From Eledone cirrhosa (taxonomy: Eukaryota): DNA of 64,000 nt. The DNA lies in assembly GCA_964016885.1 (NCBI GenBank), contig OZ024745.1, positions 37,820,001 to 37,884,000 on the forward strand, read 5' to 3'. The notes under the pieces were generated by a model. It saw only the letters and a list, made by a program, of their open reading frames with translations, made no database searches and was not told where the DNA came from. Shown here one piece after another: positions 36,990 through 48,887 of the stretch. The number at the start of each line of letters is the position of its first letter. Position 1 is the first letter of the stretch. The translations under genes were made by a program, and so were the position numbers.

Positions 36990-39089
36990 TTACCGTATTT
37001 TTGGTAGAGGAGGGATGGTTTTTACATCCCTTTTCACTTGATCGTCTGGTGAAGGGACCGTTGAATCGTCCCTTCGGCTGGTCGTCGGCTCTTCTAAGAG
37101 AATGTCTGAATATACTCTTCGATTAATGGTTCCTCCTAGGTCCCTGAAATCACCAACTGCGTTGGGGAATTTCGTTTTAATGTTTGTGTATTGTTTCTGT
37201 GCTATTTTTAGCAGTCTTATGTTAGTTGGCGTTTTGATTGGTGCTGGTATTATGTAGTCCTGTTGTGAAATGTCTGTGTGTTCAATTATGTAAGTCATTA
37301 GTTTCTTGTTGTGTGTGTTTATTGCCGTGCATTTGTTTTTCTGGGGGTGGGGTGTGGTTCTGCTATTTTCTTGTCGTTGTTGCTGGGTGTGTGTGTTTTG
37401 TTGTTGTGTTTGCGATGTTGGTGCTTGTGGTGGTGGTGTTGAAGGTGTTGTTGGCGGTGGGGTTGTCGCCGGTGGTGATGGTGGTGCTGGTGTGGGTGGT
37501 GATGGTGTTGGTGGTGTTGCTGCTGTGGGTCTCTTTGCAGTAGACTTTACCCTTTTCTCATTTCTTTCCTCCCTTTTCAAAGGCGACGATGCGCTGCTTC
37601 TGCGTTTGTGCCTTCTTGAGACCTTTTGCCATCCCTCTCCCACCTCACACTCCATGTCTGATTCTGTAAGGTCGGGGAGGGGTACCAGCTCCACTCTTTC
37701 ACTTGTTGTTGTTGGTGATGTTTGCACTGGAGTCTCTGTTGCAGCTGCATTTGGTATTGCTGTTGTTGTTGTTAATATTTCCACTGCTGCTGCTGTCTTT
37801 GATTTCCGTGGAGTGGGTATGGGTGCCACGGACCTATCGTTCCTGGTTGCCGCTTGTCCTGTTGCTGGTAGCCGTGGAACCGGATTCGGGAGGAGGGGGG
37901 TTTTCTCCTTTCTCAGGGTCTTCTCGTTGCAGAAGGCCCTGAGGTGAGTCTTCGATCCACAGCGAAAGCATTTCGGGCGTTTGCCCTCAACACTTATGGG
38001 CAGTTGAGTGCCGTTATCGAAGTCTATCACATCCGGGATAGCTTCGATGCACTCCTGGTTGGTTTGGATTAGCATCTCAATGGAGGAGCCGACCCAATCT
38101 TCTCTTACTTTTTTCTGTACTTGCAGTACAGTTGTTTTGTCCTCGATTCCGACGAGGACAGACGCGGCCAGCCAAGAAGGGGTCATTCCGGGGGGGACGT
38201 GGGTCAGTTTGACCCTCACAATTTTTTGCCCGCAGTAGGAGGGCACCAACACCATTTCCTCGCTCCTTAGGGTCACTACTGATTGGGCCTTTGCCTCCTG
38301 GGGTGTGGCAAAAAGTACGTCTACGGTGGCGTATTTTTTGCCTCGGGTGATGTGCGTTTTCCTCTGCCACACAGACCCCAAGGCTTTTTGTATTTGGGCC
38401 TCTGTGGCTCTTTCCACCCTACGGGATTTTGTACTTACTGTACGGTACGTGACCGTACAGTGCTCTTGGGTTTCGAAAAAATTTTTCGCTGCCTTGCAGA
38501 TTGCTCGGTGTCCGTTCTTTGTCACCATCTTCTTCGCTTCCTCTAATTCCTCATTTGTTATGAGGATTGTTTCCAGGTTTTTCGCAATACCTGCAAATGA
38601 GATTGGTTTTTCTCTGCTGTTGTTGTTGTCGTCAGAGCTGCTGGTACTTTTGTTGTTGCTGCAGGTACTACGACTACTGCCTCCGCCGCTGTTGCTGTGG
38701 TTGTTGTTGGTGTTGCTGCTGCTAATGCTGTTGTTGTTTATGCTGCTGGTGATGCTGTTGCGGCTGCTACTGTTGTTTTCATTGTCACTGTTGCTGTTGT
38801 TATTACGGCTGCTACTGCTATTATTCCTGACGTCAGACGAATGAACTGGGTTTTCGTATTTCCCGCACACCTGTTTCGTCGCTGTCGTCGTCGTCGTGGA
38901 GAAACCTTGCACGCTTTGCACGAGACTTTTCTTTTCTTTCGTCGCTTGCGAAAGAGAAGGTAGGGAGAGAGACACATTTAAAGAAGGGAGGGAGAGAGAC
39001 AATCTTCTCTCTCCTGTAGTGATGATTGAGGAAGAAGAAGACGGAATGAGTGGGAGTGACGTATGAAATTTTTTTTTTTTGGTAGCCAT
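36990..39089 (-). CDS. LINE ORF1 (gag-like nucleic-acid-binding protein)
   Basis: About 700 aa open frame from the ATG at 39089. S/N-rich N-terminus, CCHC knuckle CFRCGSKTHLRAFC, and a P/T-rich linker with basic KVSRRHKRR. Confidence 0.9.
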   Translation of the reverse strand: MATKKKKFHTSLPLIPSSSSSIITTGERRLSLSLPSLNVSLSLPSLSQATKEKKSLVQSVQGFSTTTTTATKQVCGKYENPVHSSDVRNNSSSSRNNNSNSDNENNSSSRNSITSSINNNSISSSNTNNNHSNSGGGSSRSTCSNNKSTSSSDDNNNSREKPISFAGIAKNLETILITNEELEEAKKMVTKNGHRAICKAAKNFFETQEHCTVTYRTVSTKSRRVERATEAQIQKALGSVWQRKTHITRGKKYATVDVLFATPQEAKAQSVVTLRSEEMVLVPSYCGQKIVRVKLTHVPPGMTPSWLAASVLVGIEDKTTVLQVQKKVREDWVGSSIEMLIQTNQECIEAIPDVIDFDNGTQLPISVEGKRPKCFRCGSKTHLRAFCNEKTLRKEKTPLLPNPVPRLPATGQAATRNDRSVAPIPTPRKSKTAAAVEILTTTTAIPNAAATETPVQTSPTTTSERVELVPLPDLTESDMECEVGEGWQKVSRRHKRRSSASSPLKREERNEKRVKSTAKRPTAATPPTPSPPTPAPPSPPATTPPPTTPSTPPPQAPTSQTQQQNTHTQQQRQENSRTTPHPQKNKCTAINTHNKKLMTYIIEHTDISQQDYIIPAPIKTPTNIRLLKIAQKQYTNIKTKFPNAVGDFRDLGGTINRRVYSDILLEEPTTSRRDDSTVPSPDDQVKRDVKTIPPLPKIR

Positions 39090-39354
39090 GTTTTTTTGTT
39101 TAAAATGAAATTTTGGGTACAAAACCCCAATAACTGGTTATTTAACCCCGAAGGGCCAAATAACGGACAGAAAGACCCCTCTCACGAGGAGGAGGGTGTC
39201 TTTATCAACAATTTGGTTCAAGTTTTAAGCAATTTACAATTGTTTTAACGGTTAAAAATTACTATACCTTACAGAGCCGAGCCTCCGTCAACCATGGCAT
39301 TCAATAATAATAATAATAATAATAAGAATATTAAGAAGAAGAATATTTTCTTCA

Positions 39355-40835
39355 TTGATAATGATTTATTTATTAACCATATAGGTTTCACATTAAAGAG
39401 AACATTAAAGACGGCACAGGAGGACACAGAACGTTACAATGTGGGTTTTCTCCGAAAAGCAACAGACGGAAAGAATTCGAATAAAAGAAAATTCCGTAAT
39501 AGGTAAGAAGGTTCCGAGTCACTCTGACCACTATATCTCACTAGGAAAGACGTATTCCGTGGATTAATCAAGTAAGATGTTTAGCTCCAACCGAATAACG
39601 TAACATGTACGACAGAGCTGTACAATATATACATTGGATAATGTGCAAGTATTTTCATCTTCTCCACCAAAACAATTGCTGGGAGCATCAATCACAATAC
39701 GTATTTGAAAATGGTCATATTTCAATTTTCGTTCTTGCAGCCTCACAGCGACGGGCTACTGTGCACTTCCATCATTCTCTGTCTGATATAATAGTGAAGG
39801 ACTTTAAACATAGTGTATGTCTGATAATTGACATGACCAGTCTTATAGAAAGAATGTGTATGTAAAAATATTTGAAACATTGAGCAAATATTAAGACCTG
39901 GAAATAGAGATTGGAAAATTGAGAAGTTGAGAGCTAAAACATAGCAGGCGCACTAGGAAAATACTTAAGACGTCTAATAATTACCAATCCCAAATTCCAG
40001 GAATCCCCGTACAAAGGTTAGTACTAATATGAACTGCCCATACACTAAGGAAACTTCTGTCGATATAAGTATTTCAAATGTGTAAACTTCAACTTTTTTC
40101 TTTGAACATGACATAACTTGGTGTCTCTTGAGGTCACTGGTTGTGTCTTGGTGATAATTCGTAAGAATATAAAGCAAAATAAATATGATAATAATAACAA
40201 AATTCGCAATACTGGCTACGTAGCTAAAGAATTTCTAATCGTAGCACAAAATCAAAGCCTTCCCATCAGAAACAACCAGACATTTATAATGAAACAGAAC
40301 ACAGTAAGTAACTGCAGAATATGTGAAGGTGAGAAAGAAAGTTTTAACCTCATTATCTCTGGCTGTACAGCCGTCACCGAAACAGCATGTAATCACAGAT
40401 ATGATAGAGTTGTAATTTAAATACACTAGAATTTATGCCAAGACTACGAAATACCACGAGAAATATAATAATACAATCACAGAACATAAAAAATATCAGA
40501 GAATTACAAAGCAACTACACCAAGGCAAATGTTAATAGACACATACATAGAGATCAAAGGTAACCATTTGGATATTATAGACAAGGTTATATATTATATA
40601 AAAGTTATATAAAACTTAGAAGAGGTGAAGACATTTTACAATATATTGAGACGTATCAACATTTCAGGCTTCCACAGTTAAGAGAATATCTATATGTAAG
40701 CACATATGTAATCAATAGATAATTTACAGTAAATATAACTTCCTGAGTCAGATCAGGGTTTCTCACAACTCCGTGCACTTGAACAAGATACAGAACATAT
40801 ATCATTTCGAAAAAGCCTTTGGGCATTTCAGGTGT
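39355..40835. mobile_element. older layer: diverged Tx1-like 3' UTR (minus) followed by two decayed R4/Dong-like 3' fragments (plus)
   Basis: 39355-39560 resembles the Tx1 tail (tttattaacca...cattaa..gac). 39590-40190 and 40210-40835 give YIHWIMCKYF, SDIIVKDFKHSVCLIIDM, AQNQSL and CRICEGEKES motifs. Confidence 0.7.
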
Positions 40836-41932
40836 TGAAATCCACAAGAAAGGGTTAATAACTTGCGATAATATAAATCCAGTAAAGAGTAGCTACTAAA
40901 GATAAATCTCACACGCAGCTTGCTGTAATGTGGCTGAGATCCACATAATATGGTCATTTTCGAAACTGTAACATTTGGTGTGGGATGAGGCGATAAAGGG
41001 CCGGCATCCTCCGAGAATTTCTGTTCTCAGTGCAGCGGCACAACGCTAGTGATTCTGCATCGCACCGCTTTACTTCCATGTTGCATCACTATTACCTTCT
41101 AATTTCCTCATTTTCATTTTCTAATTGCCCCATTATTTACTCTTCGTTATTACGTTGTTGGTTGTTATTCATCTCATTATCCAAATATCTGTTTGCATTC
41201 TTGATGCCCCCTTCTATCCTCCTTGTCACCCCCTTGCCTCTTTGTTTCTCCCACCATTTTCCTCCTTGTTGTCTCCTAGCTGGTTACTTGTTGTCTACTT
41301 GGTTATGACGACAGCATGTAGTTATATATAATCACACTTTACACTTTGCAGTTAAATATAAGCACAAATAATGTATTTCAAAGCCGTGTCTTATACATTC
41401 CATTTCGGAAGGAATTGTGATTTATTCCGTTTCTCCTTCCTCATAATAAATAAATCTTTTTATTTTCATTATATACGTCGTCGTCTTCACGTATCTATGA
41501 GATTCGACGATATAATATATTCTTGCACTACAACAATTTGGCTTATTCAGATCTTCAATTTTGTCAGCTCTTCTTTCTCTCTTTACTATTCCCATTGGAA
41601 AACTCAGAGATTTGCCTCAATAAATGGTATTTCTACTGCTATTGTCTTTTAGCTCCAGATAAATGACGAACAACATTCTAAGCTTCATTATCCCATGTTT
41701 TTCAAATAGTATATTTAGGAGTACATTTTCTAATGTGTCACAATTTCCCTATATTGTTCCCCAACCATTGAGCGGAACGATTGAATGTTTGAACCAAACT
41801 ATTTTAATTTTAAAGATACAGCATGACAGCATTTCATAGCTACAGGGTGGCGATCGTTCCATGTGTGGGACAGCAATTCAGCGATTGCATACATACACAT
41901 TTTATAGGGAACGTTGATTGTATCATTTTGAA

Positions 41933-42114
41933 AATAATTGTTTCTACTTTAGACACAAGGCCAGCAATTACCCAGTACATTACTGGTACTTTATTTTATC
42001 GACCCCGTAAGGATGAAAGGAAAAGTTAACCTCGGCGGGATTTGAACTCATACTGTAAAGGGACGTAACTATGCTAGAAAGCATGGCGTCCAACCCTCTA
42101 CGGATACTACCAAT
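41933..42114 (-). mobile_element. tRNA-derived SINE
   Basis: Same family as 1794-1961. Confidence 0.85.
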
Positions 42115-42916
42115 TCATCATTTTGAAAATAATGCCGGGTTGGATTCCAGGATGATTTAACTGCTATTTATAGCAAGTACAGTGACGGTCACTACGTGTA
42201 TGTTCCTTCGTAGTTCATATTATTTCTGCATTTCTTTAGCTACTGGGCTTGGTGGAAAAACAGTGCCCATGGCCTTCGCAGGCCTTCCGAGACCGGAGAA
42301 ACTGATTCTGTAGAACTACTTAAACTGCTGCAAGTCGACGCCAGTAGGAGAAAGAAGATCAAGGAAAGAATTCAAGAACGATGACGTTCTGGGGAGGTCA
42401 GAATATGTACAGTGGTTAGTTCGTTGCCTAGGGAAGAGGTGGAAAAATTGCGTTGCTTAGGGAAGGGAGGAGAAACGAGTGGCACTTGACCAGCCGAATT
42501 ACGGAGAGCAGAGGCCGTTGTCTCATGAGACACGTTTCATTAAGCAAACTTATGACATTGATATCTCCATAATTATCACCATCACCTTGTTCAATATGTA
42601 AATAGTTGATTCGACAGCGTCTCCTTTTCATTATCTGCGACAAATTGTAAACCTGAACCACCAAATCTGGTACGACAGAATCAAATTGTGTTACCAATCA
42701 TAGTTTAATGTATCTACAACATATTTCGCTAGGCTGAGTCCCATAATTCAATAAATAGTTAAAAAAAACTCTACGATAAGTTAGATTAAACATCCGCCAG
42801 TGTCTCCCTAAGAGATTGTGTTTCCGTTGATATATTTATTGATTCTTGTATTTGATGGTGATTGCATCTAATATTGTATTTGACAAGATGACAACACTTC
42901 TCTTCCAGTTAACATA

Positions 42917-43038
42917 ATGATTGTTTCTACTTTAGGCACAAGGCCAGCAATTACCCAGTATATTAATGGTACTTTATTTTATCGACCCCGTAAGGATGAA
43001 AGGCAAAGTTAACCTCGGCGGGATTTGAACTGAGACTG
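42917..43038 (-). mobile_element. 5'-truncated tRNA-derived SINE
   Basis: Same family, truncated just 5' of the B-box. Confidence 0.8.
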
Positions 43039-44852
43039 ATATCTACTCTAAGCAGAGCACAAAGCCAGCAATTTGGAAGGAGAAGGGGAAATCGATTGTA
43101 TCGACCTCAGTATTTGACTGCAGAAGCGTCATACTTAATCCTGTTTCCATACTAATAGCACTCTTCTATATGCTGTATCCTTTCATTTTCATTCTAGCGT
43201 TGGATGTGTTATACCTTGCCGAAGATGTTTAGCGGAATTGTGTACACATAACTTTTAGTTCAAATCCTGCTGAGATCAATTTTTCCTTTTTTCCTTCCGG
43301 GATTTGTTAAATTGGTAGAATTGTTAAAGAGACGAACGTAATTCTTTCCCGCCTTATGTGTCCAATTCTCGCCGGTGACAACTTTGCCATTCACCCTTTT
43401 TGAATCTGTAAACCAAGCACCAGTCCAATGGTAGATAATAGGAGGAGTTTAAAAGAAACGGACGTGATATTTTGTGGTGTCTCTTCCGGCTCTGTACGTC
43501 AGTTAGTTCGAATCTCACCTCATCACTAAAAAAGCGGTGACGCTTGTAAGAGGGTTTATGGCCTGCAGATAATGTCAGAAACGGAAATATCATTGGAAAT
43601 ATTGTTTCCCCGATGATTAAGTTCTAGATTCTATTTCATTCTTTTAATTTCTTGAATATTTAATAGTTACTTCTAGGTGAGACAACACTAGTGTAATACG
43701 TTCTTATGATAGATTCTAGCATTTGTAAGCCTGTGAGTTGAAAATTGTTGATCAACTAAGATTACACAAGCAAATAGTAAATAAAAACACCCCTCTAGAC
43801 CTTGTCTACCATGTAAAACAACAACAATAATACCATTTTAATCGTAGTTTTTGGCACAGTACATATCACGCTGATTGGAGTAAATCTGATCTTTTAAAAA
43901 GTCTATGAATACGACAAGCTATATGTAGTGGGGGGGGGGGATTTAGTTGAATATAGTGATATCAGTTTATATCAAGAACACATTTTATCGAACCTGGAGG
44001 GATAAAATGCAAAGTCAACCTCCCTAGTATCTAATCAGTAAAGCAATATCCATGACAATTTTCAGATGTCCACGAACTGATTCGTCGAAAAGAGTTATTT
44101 ATTCTCAGATTGGTGACCTCGTCTGAATACTTACAAATGTTTGAACTCCGTTAAAGGTATATAATGACCATAATGTTTTTTAAACTAGGTGACAAATTAT
44201 ATCTGCAATCCAAGAACAGAAATTTCCCCCTCTGATGGATATCCTCCCTGTTTTCACCTCCAAAGTTTCATTCATAAAGCTTTCACCAGACTGAAGCTAT
44301 AGTAGAAGATACTTGCCTAAGATACTTTGCAGCGGGACAGAACATGAAGCCATGCAGTCACGAAGCTATACCCTCACCCATTATAATTCAAACATAATCA
44401 ATTTACTTGTAGCCGGACATAGTATGTCTGCTATCCAGAACATCTTGAAATAATCCAATGTAATAAAAGCACACGTATCTCATTTGCTCGTTAAATAAGC
44501 TTTCATTAACAAGGACTGTGACACGCATTTTGAATGTCCAACACAGATAGTTCGTTCAAATAATTTCTTTATAGACATTAAGGACTAGAAACTATAAACT
44601 TAACACAGTTGTCTATAACTATGACAATTCTGACCAGATATTATGAACTGTTTAAAAGTTGTTATAACTGTTTAAAATAAGTATTCTAAACAATTTAAAA
44701 TCAATGAAAAGAATGAAGGTAATGTTAACATTTCATAACGATAAGGTGAATATGTACTCTAATATGAAATTGAAAGCAAAACTATGTATATTGAATTAAA
44801 ATAAAGCCATTCCGCATTAGAGTTAAGATCAAGACAATGTTTTGGTACTCAC

Positions 44853-44924
44853 ACGAATTTCAGATTTGTCAGTCTTGTTAGTGTATTCGGAGACATTGTT
44901 CTGAAGGGATTACCTGTCAAATAA
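44853..44924 (-). CDS. last LRR exon of LRR-GPCR
   Basis: tttttactacag acceptor and gtgagt donor bound a 72-nt phase 2-2 exon encoding YLTGNPFRTMSPNTLTRLTNLKFV. It splices in frame to HFTVFYTC at 30320, matching the RXFP-type LRR-to-hinge junction. Confidence 0.88.
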
Positions 44925-45184
44925 CTGTAGTAAAAACGAAATACAAATCCAAGAAAAAGGTCACAGGAAAGAAGTCTTTGGAGAAAATGTCACTTTTTAT
45001 TTAAATAGATCATTAATTCAAAACAACGGAAATAAGGAAAAAAATACCCGCAGACAATTCTTATGTTCCTGTTTAGTTTCTTTGTTTTCAAGCCCAAAAT
45101 GGGACACATGTGAATATTTACTGTAAGTTTGTCTGCTGTGAGTTGATTTCCATTCATCTGAAATAAATCTCATTAAACAAAGTA

Positions 45185-45410
45185 TAGATTTGTCCACCGG
45201 TAGCCGGATCCGGACAACAAGTGATAACATCTGTTGGAGAAATATCCACAAGTCAGCAATGTCCGGACCCTGGACGAGTAATAGATGGCAGGGAAAATTC
45301 AGGGATAACTTCCTCTTGGCCCATTTGTTTGTAAGTGCGACCACCAGGTTTGTTACCTCATACAAGTGCCTATTCACTGGTTCCGATATGTGACCATTTA
45401 TTCTGACCAT
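45185..45410 (-). mobile_element. internally deleted Tx1-type ORF2 remnant
   Basis: MVRINGHISEP, LTNKWAKRKLSL and IADLWIFLQQMLS match three distant parts of the intact ORF2. Confidence 0.75.
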
Positions 45411-46469
45411 GAAAATTCTATTCTCTGATTCTGACTGTGTCTTCCTAGCTTCTCTCCTCATGGTTGAAGCATTTACGCTACCCGCCAATTTGTTCAGAAT
45501 AGTAGCTATACTTCTAAAGATAGTAATGAGAAATCGTAAACCATTATGTAGTGAAGTTCATTTTGAAGGGGACTGCCGTCATACAGCGAATGTGAGTCTA
45601 AGAAATAAATCTTACACTCAGCATGAGCGCGCCACGTGAGAATGATCCTTCTCGTATGGCTATAGAAGGAATATAACATGAAATATATATGCTGAATTCA
45701 CTAATTCCATCAGTGAAGAATCAATACATGAATATTCAAGAAAGATCAGCCTAACAAAAATATTACGAAAAAACAAGAATATGCACTTCTGCTAAAACAT
45801 CAGTTGCCGTATCATGTTAACGATTATGATCCATCATATAAGAGTTTAGACTCATTCTCAAGTTAGAGACATTGAATAATCAGCAATAAATTTCCCTACA
45901 GACGCTTTGAATAAACAAACATTATCAGCGATACTTCTCGAGGAACTGAAACTAAAGAAAATCTCACTAATAATGCTTTTCCGAAACTTGAATTCCAGGC
46001 ACCGATTCTTAATTGGTCCCCGCCATTTATATTAATGCATGCATGCTGACAGGGACAAAAGACAGCAATAAATTGCTCATTTCACGAAATGGTTTGGTGT
46101 CAAGCGAGCCAGCTTTAACAATTTTCATGAAAATGTGGAAATTTCCCGCCAACCCTGCATATACTATGGCAACAAAGAAATCACGAGACTAAATGTTTCC
46201 ATAAAGTATGTTTGTTCCTGTCATAACTCGTATTCATCCATGGTCAGTTGTATCTGTATAAACTAAAATTGCAGAATGAGATCATTACTGTCAGGGAAAA
46301 TTCACAGTTTCAACAGTTTTCACAAAGTAATTTGTTACCAGGGAATTATTTATTAAAATTTTGTTTTCATTGAAATCTCATCACACACAAGCATGCGAGC
46401 ACAAACACATACACACACACATACACACACATGCACACACACACACATATTTATCTATCTATCTAAGTC

Positions 46470-46990
46470 CATTATAATGATCAAGCCGCCTCCCCCCTTC
46501 AAAAATGAAGGAGAGGAGGTGTTTCTGTGCGTAATAGCCATGGTGAAAGAGGTTGTATGGTGGACGCGTTTGAAAGGACTGAGGTCAGATCCCTTTCACT
46601 CTGGCCAACAACTGGTTCTTTTCTTCCGATATCATTTCGGAAGAAGGATCAGGATGGAGAGAGAGGTGCTCCACCCCAGCCAGTTTTATGAAAGGTGGGT
46701 GAAAGTGGCGAGAATGGCCCGTGTGAATGGGCCTTCTCTCTATATCAGCCTGTAGGTGAAAAAGATGGAAGAACAAGGGAGCACCCTCTCTCTGTGCTCC
46801 TGAGGAGAAGGGTTGCACACTTTTTCGGGGGTGAGTGCAACCCCCCAAAACGCCTCGTCCCTATTGAGGACTTTATTGTTAATTTTATATTTGTTATTTG
46901 TTTTTTTACTCGTTCTTTTGTGTAAACACCCCCTTTGTATTTGTCCCCTTCTTTTGCGCCCTCGTGGCAATAAATAGAAACATATCTACT
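46470..46990 (+). mobile_element. 3' end of a sister Tx1-type LINE with (TC)n tail
   Basis: AMVKEVVWWTRLKGL...ARMARVNGPSLYISL* is homologous to the ORF2 C-terminus. The 3' UTR has AATAAA and is followed by (CT)n at about 46997-47044. Confidence 0.9.
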
Positions 46991-47007
46991 CTACCACTCT
47001 CTCTCTC

Positions 47008-47078
<71 letters not shown>

Positions 47079-48103
47079 AATGGCTGACTGAATAGTCACG
47101 TGCGCGTTTTCTCCCTTTTTTCCTTGGTTGTTCCCCGTTCTCGCTTTTTATCCTATTTATCTACTACATCTAACTCTATCTTCAGACACTTTTCCTGCGA
47201 TTTCCAGCATTAAACTAATATATTTCTCCAATGTACTGTGTCGTTTGCTTTATTATTTCAGTTTAACCTTTTTACACACAAACACACATTTATTAAGCTA
47301 TTCTATATATTTCCAGGAGTTCGATGGTTAAGTGGTGTTATCTCCACGTAAACGTCGACACGAGTTCATCAGATTACAATAAGAGATAAAAGCAAGCGGC
47401 TTCTAAATTTTATCGATACGAGCGGCCGGCACAATGCCTGTTGCCATTAGGCTGTTCGTCCCCTTTGAATGCTATCTCATGAACGCGGGCCGGCGGTTAC
47501 GTGAATAATAGCTAAATGCACATCTTCATATGGACTGTACGCTAAAATTTAGTGTCATGTATATATATATATATAAATAAGGATTTTACCAGTTTTAAAC
47601 TAGTGAGACCATTACTAAGCAGAGTACTCGATACTTGGAATAGTAGAGTGTAAATGTATTAAATAGTCCGGACCAGATGGCTGAGCTCTTGCTGTTTCGA
47701 CAGTATATATTTAAATGTACATATTTATTCTGTATATATGTACAACATAGTTTGCTTCTCAATTGCCTGTTACATATCGTTTACAGTTATATAAGTCGTG
47801 AATACGTTGGATAGAATGCTTTGAGGTATTGTTCTCACCTCATTACTCGCACTGAGTTCAAATCCCTCTGTAGTCAACTTTGCATTTCATCCTGTCGAGG
47901 TCGATTAAAAAGAAGAACCAGTTCAGTACTGGGGTCGATTCTTCCTCTATAGAAAAAATCGGCTGTAGAGATTTGGAGAGGGATGGGTTCCATCAGGTTT
48001 AAATGTGACCTACCTAGCACGCCGTATGACGGCGCGTCTACGACACCACAAGGAGTTATCGGATATTTATCCTATCTTTTAATAATTAATACGTAATATT
48101 TTG

Positions 48104-48149
<46 letters not shown>

Positions 48150-48209
48150 CAAAATATATATATATATATATGAATTATAATAATCAAAGAACTGTTCAAA
48201 ACATTTTTA

Positions 48210-48256
48210 TGCTTACAACTGTTTCCTCCAAACCGAGGTTTGGATTCTTCGGAGCA
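48210..48256 (-). ncRNA. hammerhead-like motif (C4 core variant)
   Basis: tgct-CCGAAGA-a-tccaaacc tc ggtttgga-g-GAAA-cagttg-TA-agca. Confidence 0.6.
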
Positions 48257-48585
48257 ATATATAAAGAATTTGTCACCAGATCAACCAACCTAACACTCTT
48301 GTTTACCTACTTAAGGGCTTCTACTACACGCAACTCTCTGCCACACTATATAAACAAGACGCACGTGCTTGCCACACATATAACCTGTGCACTATATAAC
48401 CGCTTATTTTCATGTTGTACTTTAACCTGTATTTTTGTTTGTATCTTTTAATATGAATGTAATCTCTAAGTGTGTACTGCCACTCTAAATGCTGTAATGA
48501 ATGTTGACCCACAATATTTGCATATGTATCTGTATGTCTCCTGGGTGAAAAGGAGGTCATTATAAGTGTTCATTCATTAATAAAT

Positions 48586-48632
48586 TGCTCCGAAGAATCC
48601 AAACCTCGGTTTGGAGGAAACAGTTGTAAGCA
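48586..48632 (+). ncRNA. hammerhead-like motif (C4 core variant), inverted copy
   Basis: Motif identical to 48210-48256, on the plus strand. Confidence 0.6.
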
Positions 48633-48835
48633 TAAAAATGTTTTGAACAGTTCTTTGATTCTTATAATTCATATAACTGCTCTGTAAATCATCTGATGTT
48701 TTTACATTGAGCTACTTAACTTACTGGTAATAAGGTAGTAATATATTACTGCCTACCACTATTTAGGGTTTGTATAAAAATATATATAACTGCAAAAGGT
48801 TTTTATATTTACATAACCATAAATAGTATAATTAA

Positions 48836-48887
<52 letters not shown>

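Larger units (their letters stand above)
33272..39296 (-). mobile_element. full-length Tx1/L1-type LINE
   Basis: 5' UTR, ORF1, 35-nt spacer, ORF2 and a 3' UTR with AATAAA. (TTA)n on both flanks (33218-33271 and 39303-39324). Confidence 0.93.
48169..48675. repeat. (TA)-adjacent element with ~90-bp terminal inverted arms
   Basis: 48169-48258 is the reverse complement of about 48584-48675, around a spacer of about 325 bp. Confidence 0.9.

Noticed and set aside
33862-38977. Multiple plus-strand and alternate-frame ORFs over the LINE
   Set aside because: Shadow ORFs of the GC-rich LINE coding sequence.
41430-42770. Possible old RTE-type LINE remnants
   Set aside because: Too degraded to assign from sequence alone.
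44135-44202. Candidate extra GPCR exon ending PLTEFKHL with a gtaagt donor
   Set aside because: It has in-frame stops from the cag acceptor and the wrong phase from the tag acceptor. The 44853-44924 exon already joins correctly to the 7TM exon.
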